The notes beneath the pieces were generated by a model. That model did no database searches, had not been told where the DNA came from, and saw only the letters and a list, made by a program, of their open reading frames with translations. Both the position numbers and the translations under genes were made by a program. Positions 1-14,000 of a stretch of DNA of 64,000 nt are shown here, in pieces; position 1 is the first letter of the stretch, and each line of letters opens with the position of its first letter. Source of the DNA: Perna viridis (taxonomy: Eukaryota); contig CM074520.1 of the NCBI GenBank assembly GCA_037379345.1, positions 21,989,488-22,053,487 of the forward strand, in the 5' to 3' direction.

Positions 1-699
1 ATTTTAGATTTGCACATTTATTGAGAAAAGAATATATGCAAGCGCAATCCTCTATATATACCTACCATCCACTAAACAATCCTCGAGTGTCAAAGGGAGC
101 CGAGTTTTGAAGTCTACCTGTCCTTTTGGAGTAAAAATTACGCAATATAATAATATACAAATTTGGATTCATTCCAGATACTTAAATTCGGTTGATGAAA
201 AGTTTCTCCTATTATGATCTTAGAAAATTTCCTATTAAGTACTTGAGCCACTCCTAATATTTCGTTAAATTCGGACTTAAAGGTTAAATTGTCAAACTTC
301 TGTTCGGCAACTTCACTGCTTAACAATATTTACTCTTAATGAGTAATTTGGATTATATCAAAAATAACACATGAAGCGTAGTAGGTGATTCAAGTCTTAT
401 ACTAATGTACAAAGAAATGATTAAAACCCACGAAATTGTCATGAAAAGACCATTGGTGAACCGCTTCATTGAAATATAATATGATTAAATTTGGGAATAG
501 TGTCAAAATTTTTCAATCATCTGCATTACTCAAAGACAACTTTCAATGCTAGTTAAGATTTCCCGTTGTTCGATTATATTTTTTGTCATTAGTCTCAAAG
601 CAGTGAGGTTCGAAACAGCAGCTCGAATCACGCGTAAGAGGAAGCAGTGACGTTTCACAGTTTGTTGAATCGTAATATCTACTCATCGTCCTTTTACAT

Positions 700-815
700 T
701 TTAAGTAATAGTCTACATAAAATTCAGACACTGCCAATGGTAAAGTGATTCATGGTGAAGAAAAACCCACCAAACAAACGATGCCTTTTAGGTCTACATA
801 TGCTATACTTTCACT
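700..815. repeat. Interspersed repeat fragment, second copy at ~53860-53976
   Basis: aaattcagacactgcca(a/g)tggtaaagtgattcatggtg...gtctacat(a/t)tgctata shared in direct orientation. Confidence 0.7.
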
Positions 816-2096
816 ATGGCCAAAAACAAATATCAACTGTGTTGTAAAATATGAACAATTGTTCAAAGCATAGTAAAATCTATAAATATACGTGACGCTG
901 CGAGTTGTTAATTCTGTTGGTTTTTCGGACATATTTATATCCAGAAAACTATGTCCACACTAAAAAAACAACTTCATATTTTCACATATGATACACATAG
1001 TTAAAATGAATGTAACAACTAAAAATGAAGTTGTCACTTTGGTGTGGTCACCATTTTTTATTGAAAATATGACCAGAAAGTGAAAAAAATACAAAATAAA
1101 CAGAATATATAATGTTTTGCAAAAATCCAAGCAATTACAAAAGTCTTTTTAATGCAAGAATTTAAAGTCTATATATGTTCTCAGATGTTATGGATCCATT
1201 TTTGTTTACACTTGATGATATGAAGTATTTGTATTTTAGACCAATAAAAGCCCTCAATACTCCTGTAAACAATCCCAATATCTACTGATAACTTGATGCA
1301 AAGGACGAAGAGACAGATACAAATGTATCACCATAAAAATCCATAATGTACACAGCACATACCAAATAATGGAAAATAAATTATCTGAACACATTTTTTG
1401 TGGTTAAACGAACCAAGAACTTATGGAAATATTTTGACAACATAATATCTTAGTCAATGCAACTAACAACTGGTCCGTTCAAGCCTACTCGACAACTTTA
1501 CTGTTTTTTAACGCACCTAAATATGCCCGATAAACTTATAAATTGAAGAAATAAAATTGCTCATGTAAATAAATGCAATGCAACTGAGCCAATTAACAAA
1601 TTGTTTTGTTTAACGTAAGAAATAAGCTTAATTCCTTTAATCTGAATCATGCCAATGCGTGTTTAAGGTTCACAGATTCAGTAGTTTCTGCTTTTAGAGA
1701 ACTAAGTTAATTCAATTTAATAAAAGCACCAAACGTTCATTCATTTTCAAAGTCCCAAACGACCAAAAAATCTACGTCTATTTATAAAAAATCCATTATA
1801 TGGTTTGTTGTGTGCAAATAACAGTTAAAGCGTGTTAAATTCGTGCATTAGTATGTAGAACAACACAAGGGAGCGTTGAGAACTCACAGTTATTTCTTCG
1901 GCATCCTATTAATGTTCAGGTATGTAAGTTTGGTTCTAAATTTTAACTAAGATATAATATTAAAACTCGCATGCATTATATTCAACGTTATATCCTGTAA
2001 AACGAACATGTTAGTGCACACTATTGCAATACACTTCTTGTCACTTAAATGTGCTTTTAGCGTCCAACCAATTTGGAAGAGGTGAAAAAATAGTAA

Positions 2097-5000
2097 TCAG
2101 TGAAGTTTTTTCAGAGCATCGACTTCCTGAAAGTTTTGGACACACCACTGTCTTGATTTATCATCACCAAACGAAAATGTGAACATACTGTTTATAGGTA
2201 TTTTTGAATAATTATAATGAAATGAATAATAGTCATAAAATAGTAAATATTATTGTATAGCAATACAAGGCAACCTCAGCGTGCATTAAATTTCCATATA
2301 GCACTAGTGCAAATATACTTAAGCTAAAATTTGTGACATTATCCGTGACAAAAGTCCATTTTAATCAAGACTAAATTATATTGCCATACAATAAAATGTA
2401 TATTGCATGAATACTGGGGAATATTATCCCTCGTAGAATGTATGTTGCATTCGTTAACTCGTGCAATATAAAATTCTATTCGAGACAATATTACCCAGCT
2501 CAGTATTCATGCAATAACTCTATAATATTACTATTTATGAAAATTTCATTTCACAAAAAAATGAAAAATATGATAGCCTTTCACTAACAAAAATATAAAG
2601 TTCACAGTTTTAATTTCCCTATTTAACAAAGGTGTATTCCTAACTTTACAGAAAGTTATACAAAATTTGACACGATATCACCAGGCCATATTCAATATTA
2701 AGATAAAGTTTTGGTTTAAAGTTTTATCATAAAGTTTCAAAAATAGATTGTATATAAGTGTCCGTCTAAGAACTACAACCCTATGCAGAACAATTATAAT
2801 TAGTATTGATATAAAAATGTTAACTAATTGGTTCAATACTGTGGTCGCTTTGAATCAAATTGCCTTATCACAAACACTTTACGGGTTTTAGAGAAGTAGT
2901 AACCGATTTTATCGTGTCAAATTAGAGTGTGCAGATTTCTCACCTATTCCAAATGATTGACGAAGCCCAATCGAATTCCTAGAACAGCATTAAAACTGTA
3001 TTGCAATAGTAATCCATCATTAGGATTCCGTTTGTGACAAGACAATTCGAAATTAAACCCGTAAAAGGTAGACATTCCTGCATAAATTGGTACCGAGTCA
3101 TCCTTAAAAGTTTGTTTTTGAAATAAAACACTCTATGAAAAGTTCCATAAAAATGTCGGACTAAATGTGTACAATGGATGATAAGTTACGCTTCATATGA
3201 AACTTATCCCACATTTTACAGCAAACTAAGGACTATTGACAATAATCAAGGAAATGTTTTAGGGATGAAAATGGTATTCAAATAAGGACTTATTTATCTT
3301 TAGAAACTTTAATCTAAAGAGATGTTTGTATACATATATGTTTATATGCAACCCGAATTTCCCTACCTCGTCACTATCCGTATTTCCCTTTTTGTCTCCT
3401 CTACTTGACCTTGACTTTGATGCTGATCCATCCTTGTGTTTGAACCAAGAATCTGGTACTGGTTCAGGTGAACCTCCCTAGTTAAATGAAAGTTATATTG
3501 GAATGGAGTTCAAGAGGTACAAACCACAGAAGGAGTACCTTTTTAACCACTACTAAGATTTAGTTAGTCGTCTTTGTAAGAATAATGCAAATTCTGTAGT
3601 ATGAGATACAACTCAAAAAAGGCCAGTCATTTTTAATTTTTGTTATTAACTTAATTTATAGGTCTATATTATTCATTCCAAACTGTCTGCTCTTTGGAGA
3701 TACTCCATATTGAAAATCCAACAGTTTCTATTGTATTTTGTGTCATTTACAGAATTATCTCCCTAAATTTTGAATTCTACATATAATTTTTATCCCCTAA
3801 GAACAAATGTTATATGAAAAGCCACATGTTAATTTCTGTTTCCTATAATATTTTAAACAAAATATCCAAAATAAAATATGTAGGCTTTCCTACAATAAAT
3901 CATATTTTGCACGATTCTTAGCTGGAGCACTACTTAAACACGATGTAACGCACCAGAAATAAAAATCATGTAACTGAAATGACATTAGGGTAGGAGATAA
4001 ACTGATACCCCGACACAGGAAGAACTGGTTTTAAAATTATATACATGTATCTATGAAAGCTATAGATTTGACATGATAGTGTATACATTAATTGTATGTA
4101 TTTTGAGAACCCGTCATATTCCTTGTAGTATCCCCTAATACATGAAAAATACATTGGCTTTGCATTGTTCAACTTGAACACTGACAAAATGTACAATATA
4201 ATTTAAGAGCAAGGTAAAAAAAAGCAGTCATTGATATCTACATACTCTCTTTTTCTCCAACGGATGTCGCAATTTTGGCAACTTTTTCTTTCTCTTTGAC
4301 GTTCCTAAATCTCTGTTAGTAACACGGTAAATTTTCTCTCTAAGCATACTTTCATTTTTCTTGAGATTTGTTTTACTGGTATTGATAATTTTTGTTTCAT
4401 CTGGAATGAGTTGTTCGACACTGTTCTTGTCTTCTGTTTCTTTTTGATCAACTTCCGGTGTTTCTATGTTTGGTAATGACGTAGAGTCATTGGTTCTACT
4501 GGTTTCTGGTACTTCCTGAATCGGCGGTGTTGATGTATAATCTTCATCTATGATTAATGGATCAACTTGTTTCTTTTTCTAAAATAGTAAATTTGTTTTC
4601 ATGACTTATTCAGTTTCTTATGTTTTGTCAAGCTGTTTCCTGCATAAAAAATACATGTCTTTATTTACTGGATATACTATATAATTAAGAACGTGTCTTA
4701 CTAGTTAAAATTATACTCTCTTACTAGTTCGCAATGTCAAACTGTGACTAAGAGCTATTTAAAAAGAAAACATGAAATTGCAGCTTAGTCACAAAACAAC
4801 CTTGATTTTACTATGAAAAATATGACCAAATATGAAAAAAGCGAATAGACGGACTGTCGAACTGGCATTATTTATCACAAATTGATGATTTTCTCATTAC
4901 AGAATTGTTATAATTCTTACATGTATGAGTTGAACACAACTGTTACAGGACAGCTTCGATACATACATGTACTATCAAATGAACTTCTTAATTTATTCAC

Positions 5001-8000
5001 AAATTTTACAAAACAAACGCGTATTGCTCCATCATGCAAATACAGTACATTTGAGCCACAGCTTGAAATTATAATAATTAAAACAAATTCCAGTTAAAGA
5101 AAGATCCCGTTTTGGAATATTGTTAATATTGTATACAACACACTTACTGAAAAAAAAATCAAATGAGTGACTGATATTGGCTGTCTTGTTTTTCTATCTT
5201 TTCATCAATGATAAAGAACTGTATTGGTCCTGGCAGATTAAAGTAATTTGAAATTTTTAATTTGGTAAGCAATTGTCAAGATTGCAAACCAGTTAAAACG
5301 CTAATTTACGTCCGAGTTTAAAATTAGTTTTTCTTACCGAACATCCAAATAAAATGAAAAGGTCCATATCTTTTCATTATAAATGTGCACTTGTTACTAT
5401 GAAAATATACGTGATCTCGAATCTTGAAGTAAGTCTTTGGTAACGTTTATGGGAAGGACGGATGATGACATAACTTTTGAAGTCACGTGACTTAATTATT
5501 CAGATTAATATCGATGAAAAATAATTCGGATTATACTCCTGGTAAACCATACTCTTAAATTTGTTATTGGACTTGTAGTAATAGTATGACATTCCAATGC
5601 ACTGAACCATTAAATGATGCTAGATGTATATATTCTTTCATCTTATTATGCCAGCCTACCAGTTTGTTTTCTGTTCTTTCTTTTATGAATACTTATTGTA
5701 GATTAATCATACACAATATACTTGTAGGTACATGTATGTTCGTATTTTATTAGTTTGTTTTTTGTTTCTTTTTGGATTTCCAAAATGTATTCTCTTGGCT
5801 GCTATTTTTTTTTAAAGTAAACAAATTAGAGGAGCTACTGTCCTTACTTTCTTTAAAAAAAGAATACCTGCTTTACGTTACCTACATGTATATAACAAGG
5901 GTGTTTCGTAGTATATGCGGTATTTTTGTTTGTTTGACTACCATATCAGCACACACATTTGCCAGCATTTCATTAATTTCAGATTTCGGTATGTTGCTCG
6001 GTCTTCCGAATGTGAACCCGGATTGTTGATTCAATCCTCATCCCATCAAAGACTTTAAAATTAGCAGTCACTGATTGGCCGCCATGCAGTATTTAGGGGA
6101 TAAAGTGACACTTGGTGGGGCCGGGATTAGAATGAAGTATCTGAGTGGAATGGCAATGCCTACCTGTGGATTGTAGCTAATTTGAGCTGGTCCAGTCAAA
6201 ATCCGGCTCAGCGTGTCGGACTAGTACTAGAATGGTAAAATGTTCCCGCCCTAAAATTCATGAAATATCTTCCAAAGGACGTCATTTGTCTCTCTGTTTT
6301 TTTTGGGGGGTCTCCTTCTATAAACATTTCTCGTGGGCGATAGATATTTTTGACTTAAGAGTTTTGAGTTCTTAGTATTAAACATTTAAACAATGAATGA
6401 TGGGAGAATTACAATGGAGCTTTAAAATAAGCTTTAATATGATTAAAACTGCACTAAGAACAACTTTTACTCTACATTTTTAAGACGTTTTACCTTAATT
6501 ACAGGTTCTTTTTAAATAATTGTTTAATATGATGCATTATTACAGTTTAAAAATAACTGGGTTGAATAAATCCAAGCATTTGTGTATTTCGTGAAATAAA
6601 CATTAAGTTAAAAGAGATTTTCATATTTGATTGGTACAGAAATTAAACATATCTACACATCGATTAATTTCGAAAGGTTTGTTATTTAGCATTGTAATGA
6701 AAATACATCGAGAAATGCGAAACGAATTATACAATGAACAGTCAAAACCTCTCTTACAATTTGAAATTTCCTAGTACGCACAATATACACCATAAAAAGT
6801 AATTACTACGCTTCTAAACGAGATGGATAACAAGCAAGACTATGAAGTTAAAGGGTCTAATGTCACATTTCTATTTCTCGTTTAGAGCCCCGTGCGGGCC
6901 CGGGTGTCAAAAAAATAGTCACGCAGCAGTACTAAGCTTGTCGTAAGAGGCGACTTACATTTTGTAATAGTGCTCAGAACCCTGGCTGGGGACCCCCGGC
7001 ATGCTTCATGCTGGGGTCGTCAGCCCATAATACGGAAAACCTGACTGCAAACCATAGTGGTGAAACGTATTGGGAAGGATGCCACGTTCATCGCACGCAA
7101 AAAACCCGTCTGTAGTATTCTCTTGGAGTAGGAACCATTGGGCTCCGCCACAGGAGGTTAAATTGCCCGACCTTACCCCCCTCTCCCTATTTCCAATGGC
7201 AATCAAAATTTGTCGACCCCATTATCCTTGTGTCCCATCCCATTTTTCATTTCATGTTCATTTTATCACCCATCTCACGTTCATGTTCGCCTGAATACAG
7301 CTATAATATTGCTTCTCGGGCGTTAAATCCCAACAATCAATCAATCAATATCTTTCAGAGATCAGAATTGACAGCAGACTGCCATTCTATGGATTATAGC
7401 TTAGCTGCTTCCATGGTAAATAGTTCTATTCACATTCACGAGTTCAATTTATCGAAGTATAGATTATTTTTCAATTTTTCAAACGAGAAATGCAAGGAGG
7501 TACAACGTAATTATTCCATGTTCATGTTACTTACGATATGATCAAGATTTAATTAAAATTTTCTCATTCGATATTAGTTTACACAGTACATAGATGCTTT
7601 GACTTAAAGTAGATATTTACTCTTATCAATGAGACAAGATGTTCCAAATTCAAAAAGACCGCCTATATATCGGTCAAAAAACGACAAAATCATCGAGATA
7701 GTTAGAGAACCAAGTAAGTATGATGTTTAACGATCAAAACACAATGTGTTCGTTTTACATAAGGTTCACTATTTGTTAGCGATTATATTTAGTAAGTAGA
7801 GTGATAGCGTAAAAGCGTTTCAAAACATACCCGGAAGGACCTGGACTTAGGACGAATCTTCAAAACGTTTATCCTAGTTCCGAATACTAACTTTTCATCA
7901 GTATTACCATAGCAGTCCTAGAAAAAAGAATAAGGGTGGTTTCTATGGTAACGGTAAAATGCTGAATGAAACCAGACGAATAAGAAACTAATGAAAATTT

Positions 8001-11000
8001 CTCTGCTTTTTTTGTCCTTAATCCTTTCTCTAAACACAACAAAATTTATTTACGATAGCATTCGAAAAGTAACAGAGAAACAATTTAGTCACTGTGAATG
8101 ATTATTAGTAAATTGCTTTAAACATCATGATTAAGTTTGAATATTAAGAAATAATAAAAACTTCTTCACTTTAGCCGCTGTCCTTCTATTTTAACAAATG
8201 AAGTGCAATTAAAACAGGGTTCACATTAGTGCCTTTCAATGTGCAGAAAATGGAAAAGATCATGGTTACGTTTAGTCTATTATGTCAGATTTATTGTTAT
8301 GTTTTAGATGATATTACAAAGGTTTCTCATTATAGGGCTTGTAAATCTCGTCTTTCATTTATTCGTGATCCAGAAATTACAGATACTGTTGAAGAAACCG
8401 ATTTCATTTAATGTGCGATACGATGCATATAATGATAAAATTTCCACGTGTATAACTACCACACTTATAACAATGTTGAAATAGTTGAGCGTAATATTTC
8501 TATCGTCATTTTTGCGTTTGAGAGGATTGGATTCGTCGGAAAGTTTGTAATCTTCCATTAATCTATGCTTTTAAATGGGAGTTTGTGACATACAAATGTA
8601 TTCTCATGAATTCACATTGTCACATGACGAGATTTACAAGCCCTGTAGGCAAGAAAGCAATTGGTGTTAATGATTCTCTTACTGGTTTCTGTCTTGTGCC
8701 TTTCCTTGAACTTCCAGGGCGTCCGCGTCTGAAAGAAGCACTTTTCTTTCTTTTCACTTTCTTTTTATTCAGTTCCTGACCAGTTTGTGTAGCATCAGAA
8801 TGCTGGTCTGGCAATCCAGTCGGAGCCGGAAGTACGGGTGCCATCACAACAACATCCGGTGGGTTATCCGTTTGTGTAAGTTCACTCAAATCTCCAGTTT
8901 GAGTGGACTCATCTTTTTCGCCTAACAAATCAACATTGTCATCATTGTTTGTCAAACTATCTATGACTATTTGAGGTACAGATTGGTGTGTAATTTGCTG
9001 TTCCCTTTTTAAGAACTCGGCGTTTTTATCAAACCCTGAACCATTCTTCTGCTCATTCTGACCATCTTCGTCTGAGTCGGAGAAGTCACTGCTATAATCG
9101 CCGGGTTCAGACATTTCTGGGAGAGATTCAGCAACCATCGTTCCTCTTGTTGATGGATTGATATCCAACATGATCGACGACTCGCGTCTTACAGACCCTG
9201 TAGTCGCCGTCGACTCCGGTCGGGACGGTTTCTCTTCAATAGTAATTTCAAGACTTCTTGGAGTGTCATGAATAGTTTGGATCGTTGTTTTCTCGTCAAT
9301 ACGAACGCCATTACTTTTGCACATCCGCTTGTTTCGGATTTCCCCGTTTGCGTACTTCCGGTCCGGAGGTGGTGTAGGTACCTCTTTGTGCTCTTGGTAG
9401 TATTTATAATTTTGATGCATTTTATATCCAACGATTAGAATGACAATAATGAGTAATACTGGAACAATGACACCAACTACAATGGCTGCGGTGTAACTTT
9501 TTTCAGCTGCTGGTTCGAAAGTAGCTAAAAAAAATAATGTAATTTTTATCTAGCTTCAGTATATTTTAATCCAACTTTACGTGTTGTTTAAACTTAACAG
9601 GAGACGGTAATTTAAGAAAATCTTGGTGCTTCGCCCCCATCACATTGTCAATCCAAAGAAATGGTCGAAATTGATCGTGTGCGTAGCGAGTAAAGGATTG
9701 TGAACACAATTTTTCCAGTTTTCAGCAAAATTGCAACTTTTACAAAAAAATACACTCCTTCAGACGTTCACGTTTCCCATTTTAGCGTTCGTGCATCGTT
9801 TATCGTGCGTTTCCACATCGTTTTGCGTTCGATTAAACGCACGATAGAAGCGTTCGTTGAATCGCACGATAGAAGTGTTCGTTTATCGTGCGTTTGGGTA
9901 TCGTACGTGCGGGAAACCTAAACGTCTCAAGGAGTGTAATAATTGCCATATGCGAAGGATATACAATGGTTCTTTTTTTTATCATACATTTTTCAGAATA
10001 ATGCAAAGAGCAACATTTCACCCTGTATATTAACCTCAACACGTTAATACAACAATATTTGATATAGTGAATATGTGAAAGAGACAACAACCCCTACGGG
10101 ATGAAAACAAAGTCAGCTCAAGGCCCTCCGCGCGTCTTCAATGAATGACGAAGAAACCCTCCCACCACAAGGCAAGCTGCAGCTGGCCCTAAGAAACAGA
10201 ATCACAGGTAGCGCAAAACAGTTGCTTCCATATACTCCAGCGACATGAAAGTAAACTGAAAGTGAAAACGAAACAATACATACAATGTACAGAGGCCGTA
10301 AAATCCTGACTTGTGATAGGCGCAAAAAATACGGCGGGGTTAAAGTACTTTAGCATGATCAAAACCCTCCCCCTTTTAATCTCACCACTGTGAAAAAAAA
10401 TTGTATAATTAGATACACCTAATAATCAGTTCAAAAAGGTCTGATTACCTTGTTAAAACAGTGAGAAATAAAGAGACTGATTATACGTTACACAAATGCA
10501 CAAACAAATGACTACTAGTAGGTAATTAACATACATTTACCAGGTCTCCAGACCAGTTTAAACCTACAAAAATTTATGCCCTCAACGTGCTAGTATATAA
10601 AATCAATCCTAATGCTTCCAATGCCAGGTTGAAAACCATGGTATATCATAAATCATACAATAAAGTTTCAACCTGTGTCATGTCAAAAACTTTTAAAATG
10701 TAGTGTGTTCGTTTCTATGAGCGAATCAATTTTAATACACAAAAATGTTATCTTTAATGATTTGACAACAAGATCTTAACCACATCTCTTTCGAATAGGC
10801 TTATTCAATCTTAATACAAACTTTCTATCAATATTAATGAAAAATACAACATATCCAATATCATAAGTCAACACAAAATAGATAGTGATTCTTAAACCAG
10901 CCCAAAAACAAGAAAAGTCAATTTCGTGATATGATGCATCTGTCAACATGTATTATATATAGGGCAAAACTTTGCCTATTGTATTTCAGGAAAAAAATGC

Positions 11001-14000
11001 TTATCAAAATAAAAGGCTCACTTTTCTTTATCATTTCCAAGTGGTAATCATTAAGACAGCCATCATTTATTTATCTGTAAATATTGCAGTTTGCTGAAAT
11101 CGTCGAAAACTTTGAGTTCACGATCTTTAACTTGCTCCGCTTTCAATCTAGCTATAATATTTTACATATATTATCGATCTCTTCACGATCATTTCTCTCG
11201 GTTGAGAGTGTAATAGGTGGGCTTTGATAATCCACAATTTGCAATATCTCAAAAGTAAATGTTTCTATTGAAAAAAAAAATACTCATTCGCCTTCAAGTT
11301 TCCCTTAATTCAAAGCAAAAGCAAGTATGACACTGTAAGTAATGTATACTTACGACAGCTTTCTGAAATGACAAGATAAGAAAAATATTTTAATCGTATA
11401 ATTAAAAGCTTTTAAGTTCTATAATGAATAAAGACAGATACTGTATAGATTTATTTGGTTTCGTAGATTAAGACACGTGTTAAGATTCATGACATACATA
11501 TATATAGATACAGTGATGTAGCACTAAACTCGTTATTGATCAAACTCTTCATTTGTATTATTAAAAAATGAAGTTTTGATTTTGAAAAATTCATACCTTA
11601 AAGAATTGAAATGAAACGTGGAGAATGGTTAATTTATTATAACGGTCTTTAAAAATACGATGTACATGCATATATGTAAACACCCATTGTCTAATGCCTA
11701 ATGTTGTAATGACTTAGAAAAGAAGCGATAGAATATGCATAATAAAAAGTTAGTCATACATGTAGATTCTGGCAACAGAACGTAAGTATAATGTACATGT
11801 ATATAAAGACTTTCTACCAATACACGGATCACTTAACAGATGAAGATAATGCGGAATGCGCTGACTACATGTAACTATGGGGAGGAGGGTTGACGTCTTT
11901 TACTTTACTTTCGGTTCGGGTCTCGCACGGACGGGAAAAAAAGAATAGACAGATTATTAATCATACAAAGCAGCAGATGAAACATGAAATTAAAACAAAG
12001 ATAAGAAAGGGGGTTCCAGGCTATCTTTTTCCTTCTCATTTTACAGTAAAATGGGAGGAGTAGTTCCAACTCCTGGAATCCTGCCCAATTGATCCAAAAC
12101 TATCAGTGATTTTAAAACAGACCTTGTAATGTAAACTCCATAGATGCTCCTGGAGACACCACAGATTTTGATGTTTGGCTGGAATGGCAGTTATTAGGGT
12201 GTTGTGTGACGTAACGGATGTTGTTTTCTGTTGTTAGCACCTGGTGAGATAAGAACAAAATAATAATGCATGTTTTATTTTCTTTTTTTTTTCGAAATGC
12301 GTATCGCTTAAGACTAAGAATTAACGCACGTGACGCTGTGTAACCTAGGCCCGACATCGTAACAAAAAGCGATGTCTGCTAGCTTCTCTTGGATTGTTTT
12401 CCTCACATTCACAGTGCCAACTAAGATTTTTTTTTCAATGTTGCGAGGGGGATTAGCGATTTATACGTCAAATCATTCACAAAGATCTAGCATTTTTCAA
12501 ACAAATTTGGACAAAGTAAAACGTGTTCCGAAAATAGGTAAGAAAAAAAGGCGCCATCTGTTCCCTTTATCGACCAAATGTAATAGAAAAACCTTACCAA
12601 ACACGTTATTCTGTACGTTGTGCTTTCGTCGGTCGTAGCGTCCATATTAAGAACATGCTGGTAAACATAAGAACCACCGGATGATGCATATAGACAACTC
12701 AATTCTCCGTCAGCTGTAAACAACAATGATATTTGCTCAAAAATATTGTTTTGATTTGTGTAATTCCAAAACATAAAAAACAAAGGAGCACATTCTAAAT
12801 CAAGAAAAAATGTACTGTTTAATATGGAAATTGACATGAATGATCCGAAACAGAGATGGACAGACTTTGTTATCTAATGCTTTGTTCTTTTTATGTATTG
12901 TTTAATTGTTTAGAAGTAATGCACATTCCGTATGAATTATCAAATTCACTTTACATAGATCAAAAAGGTCGCAAGCATTCTCAAGGAGTGTTCTGAATTG
13001 CATTCAAATGCGAATTAGAATTTGCATAGCGCTAACACTGAATGGTGTATAATTTGCATTCTGAAAATGATCTGCACTCAGATGATTGTATGTGCAATTC
13101 GTTGATTCAATTCGAATCCATTCCAATTAGAGTCTTTAGAACGTGTGAGTGCAAGCGATTGTGGACATGAATTCCCATTTGATTCACACTGAATGCGCAT
13201 TTTTATGTATATGGGAACGAATTTAACTTTTTGTATCTTTTTATCAGTATCAAAGTACTTACATTAGTTTCAAAACAATGGGGAGCAAAATAAAAAATTT
13301 CCGTCCCTTACCAGAGTACATAATGGGTTCAGAACACGCTGTATAATTATAACTAATTAAAGTTTTGTCGGTACAGCTATCTGCTCCGGAATCTGTCCCA
13401 CATGACGTCACACCAGCGTTACTTGTAAAGGTGTATGACCATTGGCCTTGAATTGATGACGTGCATGTAGACGCTGCTTGCGAAAAATATCCTGAAATTA
13501 TGAATTGCTAAAAATCAAATGTTCCTGTATTGGGTATATTCTCTGAAATCTATACATTGTTTAGTGTATAGACAATATAAAATTGTGTTGTTGCTGAAGA
13601 AACAGTGACAAAATTTGTGAAATTATTTTCAAACTTAGTTAACTCGTTATTCTAAACAACCTTACGAGCTTACAAAAATGTATAAATTTGTTCATGTACA
13701 AGAAAATTTTAGTTTTCTTGATTATTACTTGAACTAGTATTCGATTTGTATGTGGAGACAGATTCTAGGATGAAATTTGAAATAGGCCGGAATGAAATTG
13801 TCCAGATAATGTCATCCCTCATATAAATCTAGGTGTTGCTTCCTAAGCATTGACTCTAGATTACAGTGACTATTGCTTCCTAAGCACTGACTCTAGATTA
13901 CAGTGACTGTTGCTTTCCAATATTAACTTTTTATTTTGTGGTATTCTTTACTAGCGGATTGTACGAACAATCCGTACAATCCATGTTTGTATTGAATTGT

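Noticed and set aside
8620-9420. 266-aa ORF as a stand-alone gene
   Set aside because: It is the interior of exon 9 of the membrane-protein gene; the frame continues upstream through a TM helix to an acceptor at 9524.
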